Below are positions 1 through 9,767 of a stretch of DNA of 64,000 nucleotides, piece after piece. Made by a program: the position numbers and the translations under genes. Position 1 is the stretch's first letter, and the number at the start of each line of letters is the position of its first letter. The stretch is taken from IMG/VR virus record IMGVR_UViG_3300015207_000448; one strand, given 5' to 3'. The notes beneath the pieces were generated by a model. It worked only from the letters and a program-made list of their open reading frames with translations, was not told the DNA's origin and did no database searches. Origin of the DNA: a virus. Taxonomy: Duplodnaviria > Heunggongvirae > Uroviricota > Caudoviricetes.

Positions 1-99
1 AAATTGTGTGACTGCCCACAATATCTCGTGGAGGTCCATGCGATATGTGTGAGCATCCAAGAACCGCCTCGCCTTTGGCCTCCACACGATTGTATGGAC

Positions 100-445
100 G
101 CTCACAAAATTCGTGGGTGCCCAAATTCATGCGTGGTCGCCCATAATTTCGTGGCTACGCACATTATCACATGACCGCCCACAAATAATGTGGGTGTCCG
201 AACACACCGTTGGGTGCCCAGAAATTTATGGGCGTCAACTACGCAACGTGGGCGTGCAGATCATACGAGTGGTCGCCCACAAATTTACGCCTGAGTTGAC
301 GCCCATATCACAGACGTGGCCACATGTTTCGCAACGCAGCGTGAGCGTCCAGGCCGTGTGGAGGTGGGCGCCTAAAATGGGCGTACCCACATTCGTGCGT
401 CCATGCCCAGAAGTCTGGACGCGCCCATTTTTGCGCCTCCGTCCC
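100..445. repeat. Array of at least 8 degenerate 20-bp palindromic repeats spaced 36-40 bp apart, with a core close to CGCCCACAAATTTGTGGGCG. Candidate iteron/origin or operator array.
   Basis: Repeated cgcccacaaatttacg / gtgggcg units read directly; followed by an AT-rich stretch at 450-540; no convincing ORF (113..559 looks spurious). Confidence 0.5.
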
Positions 446-917
446 CACCAAACTTTTCACGCGCCAGCTTCGCTTCACGCGCCAAGTTTTTCAAAATTTT
501 CTTACACTAAAAACTTGACTTTTTGGCAGTTGGCTATATATTGTGAGTGTTGCCGCTGAGGTGAGCAAGACCGACAGCAAACGGCAACAAAGAGTTCTTT
601 GACATAATGCGATATGCGACAAGCGACGTATGAGCCTGTATGGCGTATGTCGTGAGCACAAAATGGCTCTCGGAGAGTGGCTGAAAACTACGTCTGACGT
701 AGCGAGTATGCGTAGGGTAACAGACGCCAAACTGCATATCGTTGCTGACACGCTTAATGCCCCCGAACATAGGCTCGTACTATGTCCGCTCGTGACAAGG
801 CGAAAATCGGTTTGTAACTCAACCGATAGGCAGAGTCAAGCGTAAAAATTCATACACAGGGCACACGGAAGCGGTGTGCGAGTTACCCTCAGGCACAAAG
901 GGCTTAGCGAAACGATT

Positions 918-1538
918 ATGGCAAAAGCAAATAACACCAACAACAGCGCAATCAAGTTCAATGTAACTTTCGGCACCAAGGGCACAGACGCGATGCCTGC
1001 AAACGCAGCGATACTCCTGCGCAACTGTCGCAAACGCATCGACGGCGAACTCGTAAAAGTGACCGAGTTTATGGCGGTCACTGGAGTACGTCGCACCAAG
1101 GGTGACAGCATTATGCTCCCGCTCCTCGCTCTTATGGTGGCAGACGCAAAGGTGCGTAACGGCTTTGCAACCAAGTTCGGCTCTGTGACCGTCAACGGCA
1201 AAAAAATCGACACCAAACTCGTCGCAAAGAGCACGTTCACTCGCTGGCTCTCCGGTGAGAGCGTGTACAAGACCGACTCCGACGGCGCACTCAGTAGCGA
1301 ACTCACTGTTGACGACGGAATGTTGCTCAAGCACACTGCGCTCAATGTCCGCAAGACATCGCCCCTGCTCACAGCCGAGGGTGACGAACTCACCGAACTG
1401 CTCAAACTGAACGCCAAGGCAATCGCCAAACAAGCCAACCTCCGCTCGCTTATCTTCAAGAAGGCAAAATCTATCTTCAACGCCGCCGACGGACAGGTTG
1501 ACACAGATACACAGGACGCCCCTGAAACTGAGGCGTAA
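918..1538 (+). CDS. Hypothetical protein encoded in a GC-rich island
   Basis: ORF 876..1538 with internal Met MAKANNTNN; plus-strand translation is protein-like while the overlapping minus-strand ORFs are Ser/Ala low-complexity; local GC about 55% against 42% elsewhere. Confidence 0.45.
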   Translation: MAKANNTNNSAIKFNVTFGTKGTDAMPANAAILLRNCRKRIDGELVKVTEFMAVTGVRRTKGDSIMLPLLALMVADAKVRNGFATKFGSVTVNGKKIDTKLVAKSTFTRWLSGESVYKTDSDGALSSELTVDDGMLLKHTALNVRKTSPLLTAEGDELTELLKLNAKAIAKQANLRSLIFKKAKSIFNAADGQVDTDTQDAPETEA

Positions 1539-1769
1539 ACATCGCCACACCGACTGATGCCACCCAGCCCTTCGGGGTTGGGTGGCTCACTTATGCAAGT
1601 GAGCGCGTCCACGACACAAACGCATCCACTTGCATATTGCGTCCATCGGTGCGACACACGACACATCACGTCCACATATACACATATTGCGTTGCTTGGG
1701 ACATTCCCAACTAAACGCGAAACTTCAAAAAATTTTCCCCGGCCCAGGGAGCCGGTTATCTCGATTATT

Positions 1770-2420
1770 ATGACACTTGGAAATTTATTTTCAGCACAAG
1801 ACATAGCCGCTCTTAAATCTGTAGCAACTGCACAGACAGATGCGGAAAAATATACAACCCACATAAGCGAAAAAGCGTGGGATATGCTCTATGAAACCGC
1901 CGCTAACCTTGGGCAAAAACTTACTCCGAAATGGTGGCGTGAGCTTGACCAAATCGTATCAACCGACTCTGAGGTAGTTGTGTGTATGCGAGGCAAACGG
2001 GAATGTGAAATTATATCCGTGACCTATCAAGCGTATTGGGCAAGACATTTGGGGCAGATGCTTAAAAGTGGTTACTCAATCGTATGGATTGGCAAATCTT
2101 TCAGCACTCAAGTAAATTGGGACAACTGGAAATGGGTTTATGCCGAATTAACCACTAAGCCGGAAACACAACAGTACGACCCTGAAATGACATTGACTGA
2201 AAAACGCGAAATGCGTGAGGCCCGCAGACTGAAAAAGCAGTTCAATGATGGAGCTGATGTGATACGTCGTCGAAAAAGTATGGTCCCCACAACAAACGAG
2301 GAAGCCGCAAATCAAGCATATTCCGTGGCTCGTGACCGTGAGTTCCGAGCAGCAGCCGAGCGAGATATGGCTATAAGCGGAACTGTGGCCCTCGCCAACA
2401 AGATATTTGCAATGGTGTAA
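1770..2420 (+). CDS. Hypothetical protein
   Basis: ORF 1557..2420, probable start at MTLGNLF; followed by a terminator. Confidence 0.4.
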   Translation: MTLGNLFSAQDIAALKSVATAQTDAEKYTTHISEKAWDMLYETAANLGQKLTPKWWRELDQIVSTDSEVVVCMRGKRECEIISVTYQAYWARHLGQMLKSGYSIVWIGKSFSTQVNWDNWKWVYAELTTKPETQQYDPEMTLTEKREMREARRLKKQFNDGADVIRRRKSMVPTTNEEAANQAYSVARDREFRAAAERDMAISGTVALANKIFAMV

Positions 2421-2441
2421 TATGTGTCATAATCGAGAGAT

Positions 2442-2478
2442 AGCCGCAACTGAGTGACATCGGTTGCGGCTATTTTTA
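2442..2478 (+). terminator. Rho-independent terminator
   Basis: agccgcaac ... gttgcggct hairpin followed by atttttata. Confidence 0.5.
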
Positions 2479-2831
2479 TATCCCTACTGAAGCAATGAAG
2501 CACGAATATATGGTGGAGGCGTTGGAAATCATAACCACCAACAATCAAATTACAGTGTCGTTCAATACGCCGGTGAATGACAATTATTCCCACACCCACA
2601 CACTTCTCATTCACAAAAGCAATGCTACGGTTCTGAAGAAGCTCCATGAAGCGGGCTTCTCCCTCAGTATGACTGAGAAGGGTCTGGCGGTCGATAAATT
2701 CTAATTCTCAAAATAAAACTGAAAATGGAAATTAAAACTTACACAATCTGCGGACGTCCTCGCCTCGCTGTCAAAGTTGCCTCCTGTGCTGGTGGCGTGT
2801 ACACTAACTATCAACACCCCAAAAGAAGGAA

Positions 2832-3239
2832 ATGAAATCGTCAACTGTATTTTGTGCTCTCATCGCGATAGTGGTGGGAGCACAGCTCATTCTCGCACAT
2901 ACCAATCAGCCCACTGTAAACGCGAAAGTCGAAGAAAATTATCTGGAAGACAATCGCGCATGGTCCGGAATGTTCTTTACCTCTGAATCAGTGGTGGAGG
3001 AGTACGAGTATGACGATGCTTATTGTTTGCTCTACGATGATGCTGATGCCAATATGTTTAACGTAGAAATCTGTGTGGATCTGGAAACGTATCAGGCAGT
3101 CATTGATGCCCACAAAACAGGTACTGAACTCATCGGGACGCTTGTTCTCAATGATGATTATTCCTACGAATGTGTAGATGTCTTCACCTATATGCCTGAC
3201 CCGGAGTTTGAAATGGCTGCGGCAAGCGCAAAACTCTAA
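2832..3239 (+). CDS. Small secreted acidic protein
   Basis: N-terminal signal peptide MKSSTVFCALIAIVVGAQLILA; D/E/Y-rich mature part. Confidence 0.45.
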   Translation: MKSSTVFCALIAIVVGAQLILAHTNQPTVNAKVEENYLEDNRAWSGMFFTSESVVEEYEYDDAYCLLYDDADANMFNVEICVDLETYQAVIDAHKTGTELIGTLVLNDDYSYECVDVFTYMPDPEFEMAAASAKL

Positions 3240-3259
3240 CCCAAATACTCAAACTGAAA

Positions 3260-3487
3260 ATGAAAACTCAAGTATTAAATCTTATAAAAGCACTGGCAAT
3301 GATAGTGCTTCTTTCAATCGGCGTGATGTACAAGTTTGGACGCCGTTGGTATCGTCGTTTCTGTATCAAAGTGCTCTGGAAGAAACTCCAGATACGCACA
3401 AGCGTGTACGAGCAATGGCACGCTAAACGTGCTGCCAAGCTCCAAACGGCCCTCAACATCGAACATTCTGAATACCCTTCATTCTAA
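3260..3487 (+). CDS. Small membrane protein
   Basis: Hydrophobic N-terminus LIKALAMIVLLSIGVMY followed by a basic tail. Confidence 0.35.
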   Translation: MKTQVLNLIKALAMIVLLSIGVMYKFGRRWYRRFCIKVLWKKLQIRTSVYEQWHAKRAAKLQTALNIEHSEYPSF

Positions 3488-3684
3488 TGTTTCACTACTA
3501 TCAGGCACCTGCAACTCTTGAGGTTGCCCGCTATCTGATGCAGGGCAACCGGGAGTTCTATACCCATAAATCATCAATGGATGCGCCGCTACAAATTCGT
3601 TTTCTTGCCTCTGAGGAGTATGTGAAGAAAATGCAAGCCCGGCCATTCCTGAAACACATCCCAATAACAATAAAAGCATAGGTT

Positions 3685-4005
3685 ATGTACGTATCAGAAA
3701 AAGATATTGAGTTCGCTAAAACCACCCTTAGCGATTTCGTAAATGGTGGAATGAGTTCACCAAAAACAGTTGCCGCTCAAATGAGCCTCGACCACTGCTA
3801 CCTCCAGAATGAAATGTTCAAAATTTGCCTGGAATACATCAAAGTTCTCGCAATGAACTATCAGCATGGCAGATTTGACCCTCGCAATGAATGGGCTTGT
3901 TCTCAGGCAAATAACATTGTGTGCTGCACATCGACCATCCCCGATCTCACAGAAATTGATTGGGAGGAATATCAAGAACGTCTCAACTCAATATACTACA
4001 AGTAA
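3685..4005 (+). CDS. Hypothetical protein
   Basis: ORF track only. Confidence 0.3.
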   Translation: MYVSEKDIEFAKTTLSDFVNGGMSSPKTVAAQMSLDHCYLQNEMFKICLEYIKVLAMNYQHGRFDPRNEWACSQANNIVCCTSTIPDLTEIDWEEYQERLNSIYYK

Positions 4006-4268
4006 TGTGGAAACGTAAATTTCGATTTGTGACCGAGAAAAGCGACGAGGTTGCACTGGCTAATCCAATGCACCTACCGCAAATCTGTATCACAATCCTT
4101 GCAGAGAAAGAAGCTCGCTTTATTGCTGTGTACGAAGTTGAAGACGGGTCTGCTCAAACAATTTTCGTGGCTCATTACAACTGCGAAGCCAAAGGCGACG
4201 TAAAAGACCGATACACATACTGTTTCTTCGATGGTTCAAAAAACACGCATCTAAAGCAGTACAGATAA
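3960..4268 (+). CDS. Hypothetical protein
   Basis: ORF track only. Confidence 0.3.
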   Translation: MGGISRTSQLNILQVMWKRKFRFVTEKSDEVALANPMHLPQICITILAEKEARFIAVYEVEDGSAQTIFVAHYNCEAKGDVKDRYTYCFFDGSKNTHLKQYR

Positions 4269-4363
4269 TATTACATTTTCAGTTTGGAGTTTGATAAGCC
4301 TCGTGACCTAAAAGGTTGCGAGGCTTCTTTTACTCATTCACTGAAGTTCAAAAACATAAGATA

Positions 4364-5227
4364 ATGAATGATTTGTTGATTGAAACCAGAGAAATTGGTA
4401 ATCATCGCATAAAGATATACTACGACACTAACAACACCTGTCCGGTCAAGGATTGGGATATGGGAGGTTGTTATGTTTTTGAGCATCTTGAAAACGGTCG
4501 TTACTGGCTATCATCAGACTGTGATTGGAAAGAATACAGTGGTGGTTACAGCCTCAGAGATAATTCTATGTCTGACATACTTCAGCGAATGGCTGCTGAT
4601 GTGGTAGAACAGAAAGACATCATAGCCCACTACAAAGCCGGGAAGATGAAAGACGTGAGATTCATCTATAATCGCCACACCCGTATGTGGGAACTCCAGC
4701 ACTACCTCCGATGGAAAGGCGCCAACGCTAACTGGGAAACGCAGTTGGAAATAGAACCCTATGAATTAAAAGCCGATGCCGACTATCGCATGGAATTGCT
4801 TGAAGGTCTTGAAGAGGAAGATATGTTGGCCATTATTCAAAAATACGCCAAAGATTTCGTCATCAAAGAATGGTCTTCGTCTGGCTATTCGCAAGGAGAC
4901 CACATGAGGGGTATCGCCTATATGTCCAAAGAACATTTCGACAAAACATGTGGCTTTAGTCATGGCCATTATAAAGACTGGAAGGAGCAGGCTCTACATG
5001 TAATCGACGGTGAAGTCAGATGCATCGAAATGTGGGCTTGGGGCGATGTCAAAGGCTATGTTCTGGAAAAGAAAGTACCGTTCACAAAAGTCTATGCCGA
5101 CGAAGATCGTGAAGACGAGGAAGACATTGAGTGGGAAGAGGTCGATTCTTGCTGGGGCTTCTATATGGAAACCGAGGAACTGATTGCCGAGGTAATTGCT
5201 GAACATGACCTGAAAGAAGTTGCATAG
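4364..5227 (+). CDS. Hypothetical acidic protein
   Basis: ORF 4316..5227, probable start MNDLLIETR; acidic C-terminus (EDEEDIEWEE). Confidence 0.45.
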   Translation: MNDLLIETREIGNHRIKIYYDTNNTCPVKDWDMGGCYVFEHLENGRYWLSSDCDWKEYSGGYSLRDNSMSDILQRMAADVVEQKDIIAHYKAGKMKDVRFIYNRHTRMWELQHYLRWKGANANWETQLEIEPYELKADADYRMELLEGLEEEDMLAIIQKYAKDFVIKEWSSSGYSQGDHMRGIAYMSKEHFDKTCGFSHGHYKDWKEQALHVIDGEVRCIEMWAWGDVKGYVLEKKVPFTKVYADEDREDEEDIEWEEVDSCWGFYMETEELIAEVIAEHDLKEVA

Positions 5228-5266
5228 CATAATTATCTATGAATGAACGCAGGCCGAATTAATCAA

Positions 5267-5330
5267 TGTTAAAGTGTACAAGTTTTCACCCCATACTCAC
5301 ACTACAATCTCTATTCGTAAACAAACAACA
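5267..5330 (+). promoter_or_regulatory. Conserved promoter/leader motif, copy 1 (tgttaaagtgtacaaNttttcacNcc ... ctattcgtaaacaaacaac)
   Basis: Near-identical 26-mer and a CTATTCG-TAA-CAAC element recur at 11843-11905; the CTATTC part recurs in reverse complement near 59650-59690, upstream of target 3. Confidence 0.4.
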
Positions 5331-5339
5331 AACTGAAAG

Positions 5340-5618
5340 ATGAATACAGAAATTCAAACAACGAAGTTGGATGGCACTATCTCATACATGATTGATAAGG
5401 CATCAGCCTTATCGTCCAACTTGGAAGTGCTGAAAATGGCTCTTCCAAAAGAAACACAAAACTTAATGGTTGGACGGGCAAATCCCATAACCATTAGAGG
5501 TATTCTTGACAACCAGACCGCTTGTCTTGATGAACTCAACTCTCTCATTACGGAACTAAGAACTGAACTTAAATGCCTTACCACGTCATCCTCTCAGATT
5601 CAGACGGCGAATCAGTAG
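5340..5618 (+). CDS. Small hypothetical protein, first gene of the target-1 operon
   Basis: ORF immediately downstream of the conserved motif. Confidence 0.3.
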   Translation: MNTEIQTTKLDGTISYMIDKASALSSNLEVLKMALPKETQNLMVGRANPITIRGILDNQTACLDELNSLITELRTELKCLTTSSSQIQTANQ

Positions 5619-6031
5619 TCGGAATCTGTGGCACCCTTGAAGCTGCTAAAGAGCATCTTCGTAGTGTTCGATATTACCCCTCTTATATGAGAAGCGTCGA
5701 GAGTTTGGATATTTCCGATGACGAAATGTCTGGTACCGGCTATGATGAGAGTGGGCATTTCACATACTCAATCAAAACAGCATAACATGAATGAGCGCCA
5801 ATACTTTGTGATTATGCCCAACGGACATCTCTTGTTCGTGGAAATCACCCCAGAACGTAAAAGCGTGATTGACGATGAATTTTCCGGAGACGAAGAAGAA
5901 TACCTCTATACGGTTCTATCTGAAGAATTTGACTTTTCAGTCAACGATGTTGACTGGTCAATTGTGCCGGATTCATGTATCACTTGCTTCGGCAGAAACC
6001 CTTCGATAACAAAACTATAAACATTATAACA

Positions 6032-6829
6032 ATGGAATTGAAAAACGAACTTAAAAAGTTTATCGTTGACCGTACCACCCGGTACAACGTAATGGCTAAG
6101 AGCCAGGAAGCCGCTGAACTTGCTGCGGCAGGAGGAGTGATTTTCGGCAATCTGTCTGCGGATGCCGACCAGTTCTCAGTTTACCCTGAGGGAACAGAGG
6201 GTCAAGACGGCCTCAATCTCACGTCCAAGGACAATTCAACGCTTGACAACATCAAAGCTGAGGTCAAGCGTACCGGTGAAACACAAATTCTCATTGCGAT
6301 AGTTGGTGGAGGCTTTCTCACGAGAGACGAATATGCACACGCCAATGGAACGGACTTTAAGGATGCCGTCATCGGTATCGCTGTCATCACTCCGCTTATT
6401 TCTTTCATCGTGGGGCTCACTGAATGGAAGGAGCGCTGGAGTGAAGATGACGAGCATGTCGTGACTGAATCTCACACCGAAGCTCAAGCCTTCCAGGTTG
6501 TTTCCGGTCTGGAGCATACCCGTCAACTTGTCGATTGGCAAGAAGATGAAGGCAATACTGCCGCAAAAATGTGCTGGAACTACAAGCATAAAGGGCTTCA
6601 GTGGTATCTCCCGTGCCTGCTGGAGCTCAATGCCATCTGTGCAAACAAAGAAGAAATCAATGTGCTTCTGAAACTCGTCGGCGGTACGCCGCTCAGTTTG
6701 GATGAATGTTATTGGTCGTCCACTGAGCACTCGGCTGGCTACTCGTGGTTCGTCTACTTTGGCAGTGGTCTTAGCTACTACGGCAGCAAGTGCGGCACTA
6801 ACGTGGTTCGCCCTGCTGTTGCCATATAA
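6032..6829 (+). CDS. DGR-type target protein 1 with a DUF1566/C-type-lectin-like C-terminal domain
   Basis: C-terminus ECYWSSTEHSAGYSWFVYFGSGLSYYGSKCGTNVVRPAVAI is a DUF1566 signature (W-LP ... YWSST ... VR-V); paralogue of 11922..12590 with identity concentrated at the 3' end. Confidence 0.7.
   Translation: MELKNELKKFIVDRTTRYNVMAKSQEAAELAAAGGVIFGNLSADADQFSVYPEGTEGQDGLNLTSKDNSTLDNIKAEVKRTGETQILIAIVGGGFLTRDEYAHANGTDFKDAVIGIAVITPLISFIVGLTEWKERWSEDDEHVVTESHTEAQAFQVVSGLEHTRQLVDWQEDEGNTAAKMCWNYKHKGLQWYLPCLLELNAICANKEEINVLLKLVGGTPLSLDECYWSSTEHSAGYSWFVYFGSGLSYYGSKCGTNVVRPAVAI
6710..6826 (+). repeat. Variable region VR1, 117 nt
   Basis: Nucleotide-identical to 12471..12587 except at 7 codons, where only positions 1 and 2 differ and position 3 is fixed (cac/ggc, ttc/cgc, ctt/ggt, tac/ggc x2, ggc/tac, aac/tac). 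This pattern indicates adenine-specific mutagenesis of AAC codons. Confidence 0.6.
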
Positions 6830-6850
6830 GCTCAATCTTTAATCTTCACT

Positions 6851-6875
6851 GCCGGGCCAGTTTCTCTGGCCCGGC
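6851..6875 (+). promoter_or_regulatory. GC-rich hairpin 21 nt downstream of the VR1 stop (gccgggccag-tttctc-tggcccggc)
   Basis: Perfect 9-10 bp stem with no U-tract; identical copy after VR2; resembles the hairpin needed for DGR target recognition. Confidence 0.5.
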
Positions 6876-6894
6876 TATAAATCAAATCTCGATT

Positions 6895-7101
6895 ATGAAT
6901 AAATACCTGATATATACTGGACAGGGTTGGACAGAAGACCCCAATGGGGAGCGTGTTGAAAATTGCCAAATTCTTGGCAGAGCCGAAGGTGAAAATGAGG
7001 ATGATGCTCTTGATAGTTTCCTCAAAAATAACCCTTGGGTGGAAGAAAGTGGGTTTGATGAGTTTGATTTGGCCCAGCTTCACGACACAGAATGGGTATG
7101 A
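6895..7101 (+). CDS. Small acidic protein
   Basis: ORF track. Confidence 0.3.
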   Translation: MNKYLIYTGQGWTEDPNGERVENCQILGRAEGENEDDALDSFLKNNPWVEESGFDEFDLAQLHDTEWV

Positions 7102-7276
7102 AACAGAGATATACCGTCAACGTCCATTATGATGCAGTTGTCACAGTGGACGTAATTGCTAACTCGGAAGAGGAAGCTGTCCAAAAAGCACTATACAAAG
7201 CTGAGGACATTTCGCTCGAAGATGCTGAGGTATTCGACATCAACTGCTGTGTGACAAATATAGAAGATTTATACCC

Positions 7277-7852
7277 ATGAGAATCTACGAAGAAAAAGCG
7301 CTCAAAGATTTCGATTTTTGGAGCGGTGGCGCAGATAGAGCAGCCAACTTAACTGATGAAGAGTTTGACTCAGTGGAGCGATTGTTTGAGGAACTATATC
7401 CGGACGGTATGAGTGATACCGAAATCAACGACTTTTTCTGGTTCGATTTCGACACAATCGCGCAGCATCTTGGCTACGAGGACGAGGAAGATTTCGACCG
7501 GAAGCACGACCCCAACTACATTGAAGATGATGACCTTGAAGAGTATATTGAGGAGTATTGGAGAGAATATCTCGATACAATCTTTGAAGAACAAGGTGAA
7601 GATGGTCTTAGATTCATCGTGACTGACTTGTTCGGGGACGATCCGGAAGAAGTTTTAGTGGACTACAAAGAAGAGGCATTTGACGAATCACCCAGAGGTA
7701 TCTTCTATCATTATCTCAATGTTCGCTACGATAGCAGCGAACTTATGGAAACGCTCTTTGACAACGATCAGGGTTGGGATGTGCTCGACAATTTTCCCAC
7801 AAAAGAAGAGTTCCGCGACGAGATGATGGATAAAAAGAAAACATCAAAATAA
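7277..7852 (+). CDS. Highly acidic hypothetical protein; paralogue of 62669..63274 (minus strand)
   Basis: Shared FWSGG-DRA-N-T-EE and WFDFDTIAQHLGYEDEEDFDR-HDPNY blocks; D/E-rich. Confidence 0.5.
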   Translation: MRIYEEKALKDFDFWSGGADRAANLTDEEFDSVERLFEELYPDGMSDTEINDFFWFDFDTIAQHLGYEDEEDFDRKHDPNYIEDDDLEEYIEEYWREYLDTIFEEQGEDGLRFIVTDLFGDDPEEVLVDYKEEAFDESPRGIFYHYLNVRYDSSELMETLFDNDQGWDVLDNFPTKEEFRDEMMDKKKTSK

Positions 7853-7859
7853 TACGACT

Positions 7860-8501
7860 ATGTTAATGACATTTAATGAATATGTCATCGACTGGTGGAA
7901 AGACTATCTTTCCTTTATCGATGAGAGTACTGCCAAACGAATCATGGAAAACGAGTTCATTGGCGAAGAAGAAACTGTAGAAGATTACATCCCTGAAGAT
8001 GCTGAAAGCGTGATTGACTGGCTTGACAAACAGGACGACGATGGTGAGAAAATTTACAAGATTTTCTTCGGCCCTGAAGCTACCGATTGCGTGTACGACA
8101 ATGTCCCCGATACTGATACGTTCCTCACAGATATGTTTATGCACTGTGCTGGTTGGTACAACAATCCAGACAGCGAATCAAAGCCCAGCTTTGCTGAAAG
8201 TTTTGTAGCAGATATGGCCTATCACGCTGAAGATTACGAAACTCCGCTCGGCTTTTTTCAAGACCTGACCCACGGATGTCAATCCGGTATGATTGGTATG
8301 CTCATCTACAACTCCGACTGCAAGGAAATCTACATCAAGCATATTGACGATATGGAAGAGTGGAAGTTAGAGGAAGAGGAAAGCCTCGGAGAATCAATTC
8401 GTAACAAAAATCATATTCCACACTATACTTGGATGTGCTGGCTGTGTTACGAAGAACTTGGTTTCCAGATAGCTCGAATATTATTCCCTGATACATTTTG
8501 A
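7860..8501 (+). CDS. Acidic hypothetical protein
   Basis: ORF track; D/E-rich. Confidence 0.4.
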   Translation: MLMTFNEYVIDWWKDYLSFIDESTAKRIMENEFIGEEETVEDYIPEDAESVIDWLDKQDDDGEKIYKIFFGPEATDCVYDNVPDTDTFLTDMFMHCAGWYNNPDSESKPSFAESFVADMAYHAEDYETPLGFFQDLTHGCQSGMIGMLIYNSDCKEIYIKHIDDMEEWKLEEEESLGESIRNKNHIPHYTWMCWLCYEELGFQIARILFPDTF

Positions 8502-8504
8502 TCG

Positions 8505-8879
8505 ATGGAACTACAAGAATGTATTGACCTAATCACTCAATGTGCTGAAAACAATGGGTGGGGAGTCTATGCCACTCCTGATGACAGAGATGGTAGTGTT
8601 TGCTTTGAATTTAACACATCCACGCCTTGCGGACAAGACTTTTGGATTACCTGCTATTTGGCAGACAACGACCCTCATACTCTTGTTCAAAATGTCTATG
8701 ATTACTGGCAAAGTTATGATCCTGACTATGAAGCAACTTTTTGGATTGGCGATGACGGCCATGGAAAGAATGGTGCTCCATATCATATCATAGATATAGT
8801 TCGTGACATGGAGGCCGCTGAAAAGCGAATAGCAGAACTTTATGATGCCCTCAGTGAATTAGATTTCGATGAGGATTAG
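8505..8879 (+). CDS. Acidic hypothetical protein; homologous to the middle part of 50416..51345 (minus strand)
   Basis: Shared Y-SYDP--EA--WIGDDGHG-NGAP motif. Confidence 0.45.
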   Translation: MELQECIDLITQCAENNGWGVYATPDDRDGSVCFEFNTSTPCGQDFWITCYLADNDPHTLVQNVYDYWQSYDPDYEATFWIGDDGHGKNGAPYHIIDIVRDMEAAEKRIAELYDALSELDFDED

Positions 8880-8900
8880 TCAACAAATAAACTCCAAACA

Positions 8901-9767
8901 ATGAAAACAGAACTTGAAGCGCTTGGCTTTACCGGATTTTACCAAGGAATATGGGACCAAGGTGAAAACGAATATGGCGCCATGCAGATGCTGAAGTATG
9001 GCGATTATGACGACATTGAAACCCTTGAGTTTATCGAATATTGGGGTTTCGGAGAGGATTACCGTGAGAAGGTGATGAAGGAGTATGCAGAACGTTACGT
9101 TGAATTTGTGAATGATGTGCTTGGAACTGATTTCGCATTGACATCTCAATCGTTGTGGTCTCCGAAAGAATATAATTTCCAGACGGACAAAGTATTTTGC
9201 GATGTCGAAATTGAGGATTTTGATGGACTCGTGGACAGGCTTGTCAAAATGGTTTCAACAGACCTCGATCTCTACAATGTTATGCGCAAGACCATCCACG
9301 ATAATCACACCAGTTGCAGCGGTTTCATTTCGTTTATGGATAACGATATTGATGAATGGTTTGGCCTCATTCAAGACCCTGAGAACACAACCTATTTCTC
9401 ATATTTCATCGCTTATTTGGTTAATGCCATCCAGCCTGGTTCTCTGCGTCAACTCAACGAAGACATCTATGGGTACGTATCAGAAAACACAGATTGGCAT
9501 TTACCAGTGCCTGAGACCGACGAGGCAAAAGAAGAGTACCAGTTATACTCTGAACATCGTGACACCTACACTGAGTTTCTTAAAGAGTACCGGAAGAACC
9601 ATGTGGATCCTACAAGACAAGATTGGCCGGAGGATGATCGCCGCCGCTACGATGTGGATTGGGACGAGTTCAAGGAAGCCTTCTCGGAACACCTTGAATT
9701 TCTTGAGGCAGAAAGAAAACGCCTCGAATATCTGAGAAATCAACCTGTAATACCCGGATTAGAATGA
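8901..9767 (+). CDS. Acidic hypothetical protein; paralogue of 61492..62199 (minus strand)
   Basis: Shared blocks FTGFY, PKEYNF--D-V, WF--I-DP-NT, TDEAKEE, LRNQP-IPGL. Confidence 0.5.
   Translation: MKTELEALGFTGFYQGIWDQGENEYGAMQMLKYGDYDDIETLEFIEYWGFGEDYREKVMKEYAERYVEFVNDVLGTDFALTSQSLWSPKEYNFQTDKVFCDVEIEDFDGLVDRLVKMVSTDLDLYNVMRKTIHDNHTSCSGFISFMDNDIDEWFGLIQDPENTTYFSYFIAYLVNAIQPGSLRQLNEDIYGYVSENTDWHLPVPETDEAKEEYQLYSEHRDTYTEFLKEYRKNHVDPTRQDWPEDDRRRYDVDWDEFKEAFSEHLEFLEAERKRLEYLRNQPVIPGLE

Noticed and set aside
113-559. 148-aa ORF at the left edge
   Set aside because: It lies entirely within the palindromic repeat array, and its composition reflects the repeats (W/H/P/R-rich). Treated as spurious.
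819-1864. Minus-strand ORFs of 243 and 342 aa overlapping the 918..1538 gene
   Set aside because: These are antisense reading frames of a GC-rich gene. Their translations are Ser/Ala/Val low-complexity, while the plus strand gives a balanced protein.
6851-6875. GC hairpins after VR1 and VR2 as intrinsic terminators
   Set aside because: No U-rich tract follows either copy (tataaatcaaa).
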